A stretch of 64,000 bases of DNA from Styela clava (taxonomy: Eukaryota): the NCBI RefSeq assembly GCF_964204865.1, contig NC_135260.1, positions 10,354,001 through 10,418,000 of the forward strand, written 5' to 3'. A program made the translations under genes and the position numbers. Positions 59,001 through 64,000 of this stretch are shown here, in pieces. The first letter of the stretch is position 1. Every line of letters begins with the position of its first letter. The notes under the pieces were generated by a model that saw nothing but the letters and a program-made list of their open reading frames with translations, searched no databases and had not been told where the DNA came from.

Positions 59001-62000
59001 GATGAGAAGGACTGCTTCTGATTTCACTCTTCATAGTCAAGGGCATTCAATTGCTCTAACTGAGGTAATAAACGATTTCGGATAAAGGATTTCATTTGTT
59101 TTCATGACTTTGTCAACACTCATAAATCATAATACCACAGTTTATGTTCAAAAATGTGCACGTATGGGGAGAATGCGACTTATTTGAAAGAATTGTTTTG
59201 TTGATTTATCCACCAACCTTTTTTGAATCTGGAATATTTTATAGTATGCAACACCAAGTGTTCTTCCAGATATGCTAATATGTTTTGATGTGATACTCAG
59301 TATTATTAACTCAGGTGTTATCTGTAAATATTGGTTGTTCTTCGTATGTTTATTTAGTAAGTGCAGTTTATTAAGAAACATTGCCAAATTTTTCTGTGAA
59401 CTCTAATTAAAATTAAAATGGGGTAAAATTTAACAATACAGAAAACATTGGAAAAAATAATAAAACGACAATACTTTTGATAAGACCGATGTCCTTGTAT
59501 ATTGTTGCACAAAAGATCAAATCTTGACTCCATTTTGGTGATGGTGGGTCTCAGTACTGATTCCAAATCTTTCAAATTTGATCGATATTTTGTTTTAACA
59601 TAATATAGTATTGAAACAGATTTCATTACTACCCCCATTTGAGCCCCTTCGCAGGGGTTGCGAGCCCCACTTCGAATAGCCCTGATTTAGGTCACTTACA
59701 AAATAGAAGTCTTTGGTTGTTTCTGATCGCAGCATATGTACATGAATAAAATCGTATTGTTGCAATTTTGATTTGAATCGATACGTTTTGTATATAGATT
59801 GCTCCGGCTCTATAATTTTTGCTACATGCTCGCATTTGGAGTTTTTTCTTAATTTTTTTACTTCGTATATCTATTTATCTTTTTTATGCTTTGTGTTTAA
59901 TATGAACCTATGACTCGGCAAGGTGGTGCATTATGCTATGCGTTAGAATATGCTCCACCGCACCTCTGATTACTCTGCGTGGGTTTGCAGATTCCAATCC
60001 TGTGGGGGATAATTGGGGACGGGTAAGCGGACGAGAGTTCGTGGTCCGCCATATTATTGAGCCATCCTATCCCCTTTCCTCTCGCCTGGGATCAATATGT
60101 AAATCCTATCCAATCCTTACTAAGCATGGGAAATCAAGGGTGATGATAATACTAATATTATTATTATACCAATTTTTTTAAAACAGGCAGGAATCGTTGT
60201 TCAAGGTCTAGAATCGTTAACGGGAAGTGAACCTGATAAAGGAGAAGAAGAATATGATTCGATGGTTGGAATGTCTTCCATTATGATGGGAGTGAAACTC
60301 AGACCACTAACATTTTTCCGAGGTTACGGAGACATGATGTCCTTGATATGGCAAGGAAGCTCTGGTGAACCTGAAGGAGTCGAAGCAATGTTAATGTTGA
60401 TGGATTATCTCCAGGTATTCATCTTAGCCAAAGAAAATTGAACATTTCTGTTTTTAAAAAAAAATGGGTTATGGTCTTTGTTTAACATTTAGTTAATTTT
60501 TTGAGCGCGACCAACTGGGTTAACCACAATGGCATTACAGGTTGGATTGTCGGGGTAAAATTCCATGCCCATCACTCGACCCAGGGTGTTTTAAATTGGG
60601 TGGGTTGTGGCGAAACTGGCAGATTATGGCCCTTACCTATCATGGGCTGCTTGTACAGAGCCTTGGTTTGAGTAAAAGGATATATTTACTTCGTACAAAA
60701 AAATGTAGTCGAGTGAAAATCGAATTTGGTTTTACTGAAATTTTCTTGTTGTTCATTATAGCTTGTACATTTTAAATTTTCTATAACAGGAGAGTCCAAC
60801 AGGTGGTCCGCGGGCCACAACCAGCACGACAAGCCATTTAATGTGGCCCTTGTCAGCACTCATAGATCATCATACGACAGTTTATGTTCAAAAATGTGCA
60901 CGCATGGGGAGAATGCATAACTTTTTTTTCTTCTCGCTGTTTTATATTATTTGCCGTTTTTCTCCGCTGTCCTCGTTAATGTTAATCTTTGTGTTTTTGG
61001 AGAAACTTTTTAAAAAAAATTTAGTGTAGCCCAGATGGATGTCGGAAGTTGGTTATGTATGGCCCACCGATAAAAATATGCTACACACCCCTGATCTAGC
61101 GCAAATATAAGAACTCTATTTTGCTTTTATTCAGCATATACCAATGGCATCAGGATTGCGAGTGAAAGCTGAAGTATTAGGTGCAATATCTACTAAAATA
61201 TCAGTTGCTATTGAATTTTCATTATGGAGCAGAACAGTTGAGATTACTACAACAAATGGGTGAGTATTACAATTCTTGAAGATTCCCCCTGAAGATTTGT
61301 TAGAATGTACAAATGAAAAAGCACGAAGAAACCATCTAGAAATAGATGACAATATGAGAGAAACAAACAGAAAAATTTTACCCTCTGTGGATTGATGGAA
61401 ACACACTGTAACTTGCACAATTGTTGCCACCACATTTTCAGAACTAAGCAGTGGTTCTCAAACGGTGTGGCGGGTCCCGCAAGACAATAATACAATTTTC
61501 GGCAACGAGATACTTGAAAATTGATTCATGCTTATTCTAGAATTTCATAATTATAGATCCACACAATCAAACACCGTCCTGGCGTTAGGAATACGCTTGC
61601 CAACGCACCTCTGATTACCCTGAATGGTGTTCGCAGGTTCGAATTTCGTGAAGAATAATTATGTACGAGAGGATCGCTATACTCCTCGCCGCAGCAAGTT
61701 GGTTCACACCACCGCTGGTTGGTTACGGCTTCCTCCACCATCAAGTCCACGCATCTGAAACAAATAACCGACTAACTAATCACATACCCGACATTGAATG
61801 ATAACCTCGGACGAGAGGCCGTGGTTCGCCATATGATAAAACCGTCTTATCGGATTTCCTCTCCTCTTGAATAAATATGAAAATCGGCGATTTTCATATT
61901 TATCCCAGAGGAGAGGGAAGACGATAAAGCGGCTTAATTATGTGGCGGGCCGCCGCTTCTCGTTTGCTTACTAGTCCGCGTCGGGTATTGGATTATTAAA

Positions 62001-62370
62001 TCAGATATTTGTTTCAGATGGATGATGATGTAAAAATGGTTACTGAACCCCGCTGCGGCTGCGAGTTCTGCAATTCCCTCGCACATATTTATTTCCCACG
62101 GAATTCGAATCTGTGAAAATATCAGAACAAGCCTACTCAGCTATCAAAACAATTACTTTTAGTTTTTTTTATATAATGTTACATTTTATTTTATTTCAGT
62201 GGAGCATTCTCTATTCAATGTCGCTTATCCTTGGAATCACCAATAGTCCGAGCATCGGTTCGTCACCAAGGAGACGCTCAATCGTCGATCGATTTCTCCG
62301 TATTCACTGATTTTTCTTCGCTTCCTCCAAAATCCTGCATCAGAATTTCCTATCCTGATTTTATATTCAC
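44040..62370 (+). CDS. MTTP: Microsomal triglyceride transfer protein large subunit (3' partial; final exon beyond the window)
   Basis: Phase-consistent exons: 44040-44106, 46480 (or 46477)-46614, 47258-47340, 47843-47971, 48434-48541, 49461-49577, 50496-50641, 51151-51236, 52593-52678, 53389-53549, 54250-54418, 55248-55361, 56063-56278, 57329-57543, 58088-58186, 58944-59064, 60187-60414, 61135-61259, 62200-62370 (about 858 codons). Motifs YQYSYEAEV, WTNPDNKYDQVI, NIKRGILGFFQ, EDLSGKCNVTY, ATAQTDASQAALIDFLDF, FSSHPSE, LRPLTFFRGYGDMMS and EFSLWSR match MTP. The first coding exon is less certain than the rest. Confidence 0.95.
44821..44833 (-). promoter_or_regulatory. HNF4-type DR1 element in MTTP intron 1
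   Basis: TGGACTTTGAACT is AGTTCAAAGTCCA on the minus strand and contains the HNF4-specific CAAAGTCCA. Related sites at 44266 and 44887. Confidence 0.45.
48876..49223 (+). mobile_element. tRNA-derived SINE, family A (most intact copy, 348 bp)
   Basis: A box TGGCTCAACAGG at 48888-48899, B box GGTTCGAATCC at 48957-48967, structured core, (ATCCT)n tail. About 20 full or partial copies in the window. Confidence 0.93.
49965..50345. mobile_element. Two SINE family A fragments in opposite orientation
   Basis: Minus-oriented 3' part at about 49965-50075, then plus-oriented body and tail at about 50105-50345. Confidence 0.75.
51661..51956 (+). mobile_element. Non-autonomous Helentron/Helitron-like element (HINE/DINE-1-like)
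   Basis: 5' subTIR CTTATCGATC with local inverted copy, TGTCTGTTTGTTTGTCTG microsatellite, 3' subTIR GATCGATAAG, hairpin TTCGGTT-TCC-AACCGAA, then CTAGT. Confidence 0.75.
52150..52455 (+). mobile_element. SINE family A, degenerate 3' part
   Basis: Core AACCGCTGGTCGGTTAC and tail TAAATATGTAAATCCTATC. Confidence 0.7.
53920..54135 (+). mobile_element. SINE family A, 5'-truncated
   Basis: Core and tail match the consensus. Confidence 0.8.
54785..55100 (-). mobile_element. tRNA-derived SINE, family A (an older fragment lies at about 54570-54770)
   Basis: Near full-length reverse-complement match. Confidence 0.88.
56325..56785 (+). mobile_element. SINE family B interrupted in its A box by a hAT MITE (about 56341-56660)
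   Basis: GGTGGCCTAGTG | AATAGGGTTTTCAAA ... TTTGAGAACCCCTG | GTCCAGGGGTCAAAGCG. The SINE continues to CATCCAGGGTGTATGGAATTGGG. Confidence 0.55.
59138..59683 (-). mobile_element. hAT (Charlie/Buster-like) element remnant with transposase C-terminus
   Basis: The minus frame reads YVKTKYRSNLKDLESVLRPTITKMESRFDLLCNNIQGHRSY, resembling the hAT C-terminal dimerisation region. The end reads ...TTCGAATAGCCCTG. Confidence 0.65.
59914..60115 (+). mobile_element. SINE family A, internally deleted
   Basis: Head and tail present, core missing. Confidence 0.75.
60788..61093. mobile_element. hAT MITE
   Basis: CAGGAGAGTCCAAC...GGTCCGCGGGCC start and ...ACACCCCTG end. Shares CAGTTTATGTTCAAAAATGTGCACG with 59138. 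Confidence 0.6.
61575..62112. mobile_element. Tail-to-tail inverted pair of family A SINEs
   Basis: Plus copy at about 61575-61886 and minus copy at 61888-62112, joined by a perfect 16-bp inverted repeat with a 1-nt spacer. Confidence 0.85.
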
Positions 62371-62774
62371 GTAAGTTAAATATTACCATATAATACGATT
62401 TTAGCTCGTAACCGCAAGAATACGTTCTTTGCTATATACTTGAACAGTCGTATCGGCTTTCCCCTCTCACGAAATAAATTTGACAAAATATTACGATCTA
62501 TATCAACAAAAGTTTGCGATTGTCAAACATTTTTTAGAAAATATTTTGAAATCATCGAATAACTGAAAAAATTTGGTTGTATTACTTGGCGTAAACAATT
62601 GACCAAATTTTCACAAAATATCGAAACCATCATGTGATTTCAATGTTCTTGAAACCTTTTTCATCACGACCCACCAAATTTTTTCGCGACTCTCACGAAC
62701 TAAATGAAAAATAATGTAAAATTTATTAATACAGGAAAAATAAATAATAACAATAATGAATTTGACAACACATT

Positions 62775-62908
62775 TAATGAGACCGATGTGCTAGCATATT
62801 CTCGCACAAAAGATCGAATCTTTGTCCTATTCCGGTTTGCGGATATTATTAGTGTTGGTTCCAAATCTTTTAAATTTAATCAATAATTTGTTTTAACATA
62901 AGTTAGTA
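62775..62908 (-). mobile_element. Fossil hAT transposase 3' end (second copy)
   Basis: The minus strand reads LTYVKTNY*LNLKDLEPTL...(frameshift) RFDLLCENMLAHRSH*, paralogous to 59480-59620. Confidence 0.6.
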
Positions 62909-64000
62909 TGGAAAAAAATTCTTTCGCGATCCTACACGCTCTTTCAGGGATTCCCAGTTCAAAGAGCAGAAAATGGACTTGGGATGGGACGTTTCCATTT
63001 CATCATTCTAATGAACACCCGATACTGTCCTGGAGAACTTTGTTACCCATTAGCGTAAAAACCCCCATCTGCTGTAAAAGTTTTTTTTTTCTATAATCCT
63101 TATCGTGACGCCTTTAAGTATATAAAATATAGTGTTTCTAATTTAATTTATTACAAACATAACACGTGGAGGTAAATTTTTGCGGCGTCTCGTGATTTTA
63201 AAGTATGGCTTAACGATACTTGTATTTTTTTATAAAAAAAGTACTTACGGTACTCAAAACAGATAATTTTTTAAATAATTACCGGCAAGGTACTTTCTAT
63301 TGTTACATCATAATCATGTGTTCAGTGAACCAATAAACTCACGTATCCAGAAAATAGTCACCGTTTTATTGATTTCATTGGAATGTTGTTGTCGTTCTTA
63401 TTTTCGTTCGAGCAATTGGTTATATTTATCTAATATCAAGCTTGGGACATATCTGATTTCTGCCCAAAACAAGGCTATACGGGGATTTCTCTCAGACAGA
63501 ATTATGTGTAAAAATATACAATTACTGTTTCTTACTATTTTTTGACCATTGGGTCCCGTTCCAAGTGTGGATCACGTTTGGCAAAGATAATTCTTTACCA
63601 GTCGATATAACAGATTTTATACTGTCATTTTTCGCCAAAAAAGATAAACATATATGATTCACACTTGCTATCATGTGTCATTTCAATTGTAACTTGATAT
63701 TGTTAATGTTATCAAATGAGTAATGTATTCGGGATCATCTCGTGGTGTTTTGTAGTCATGGTGTTTTCTGATAAACGTAATATTTAGTTGATTTGTGCGA
63801 AACTAGAAATATTCTAGTCATTTTCCTGTCATATAATGATTCACTAATTGAATTTTTGAGACAGTAGAGCGGTACAAAGTGCGTATTGGAGAATCAAAAG
63901 TAGGGTTTTTAAATTACGCATTCAGCTGTTACCAGCTACGAACGAACTAAATTTAGGCTGCAATATTGAATCGGTAATCTTCCAATTTTTTTATCTTTGA

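Noticed and set aside
62371-64000. Final MTTP exon
   Set aside because: No AG-preceded phase-2 frame resembling the MTP C-terminus was found. The window ends in a pyrimidine tract, so the exon probably lies just outside.

Overview
AT-rich, intron-dense animal genomic DNA. The gene structures and repeat content fit an invertebrate chordate or deuterostome such as an ascidian, but the taxon is an inference. I assembled three + strand genes by hand from GT-AG exons with consistent reading phase: (1) a complete Hox-like-domain ceramide synthase (1837-6502, 8 coding exons, 360 aa); (2) a complete ankyrin-repeat TRP cation channel (13679-40542, about 30 exons, about 1050 aa) of an unusual type, with a glycine-free TRPV5/6-like filter (TLVDE), a TRPM/C/A-type S2-S3 Ca2+ site, a Cys-rich S3-S4 loop and an RFX X-box plus forkhead module upstream; (3) microsomal triglyceride transfer protein (MTTP, from 44040, 19 exons visible, last exon beyond the window). 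Between the first two genes are a possible decayed transmembrane/PPxY pseudogene and an apparently identical 1959-bp tandem duplication (9107-13024) that carries the putative TRP promoter. Introns contain about 20 copies of a tRNA-headed SINE, a second SINE family, hAT MITEs with 8-bp TSDs, a Tc1/mariner fold-back element, ISL2EU-like MITEs and a Helentron-like element. The most unusual non-coding signals are an inverted pair of Penelope-type hammerhead ribozyme remnants (20117-20330) and an HDV-ribozyme-like helix order inside the dominant SINE. Both are hypotheses that need testing. No CRISPR arrays, rRNA or intact tRNA genes were seen.
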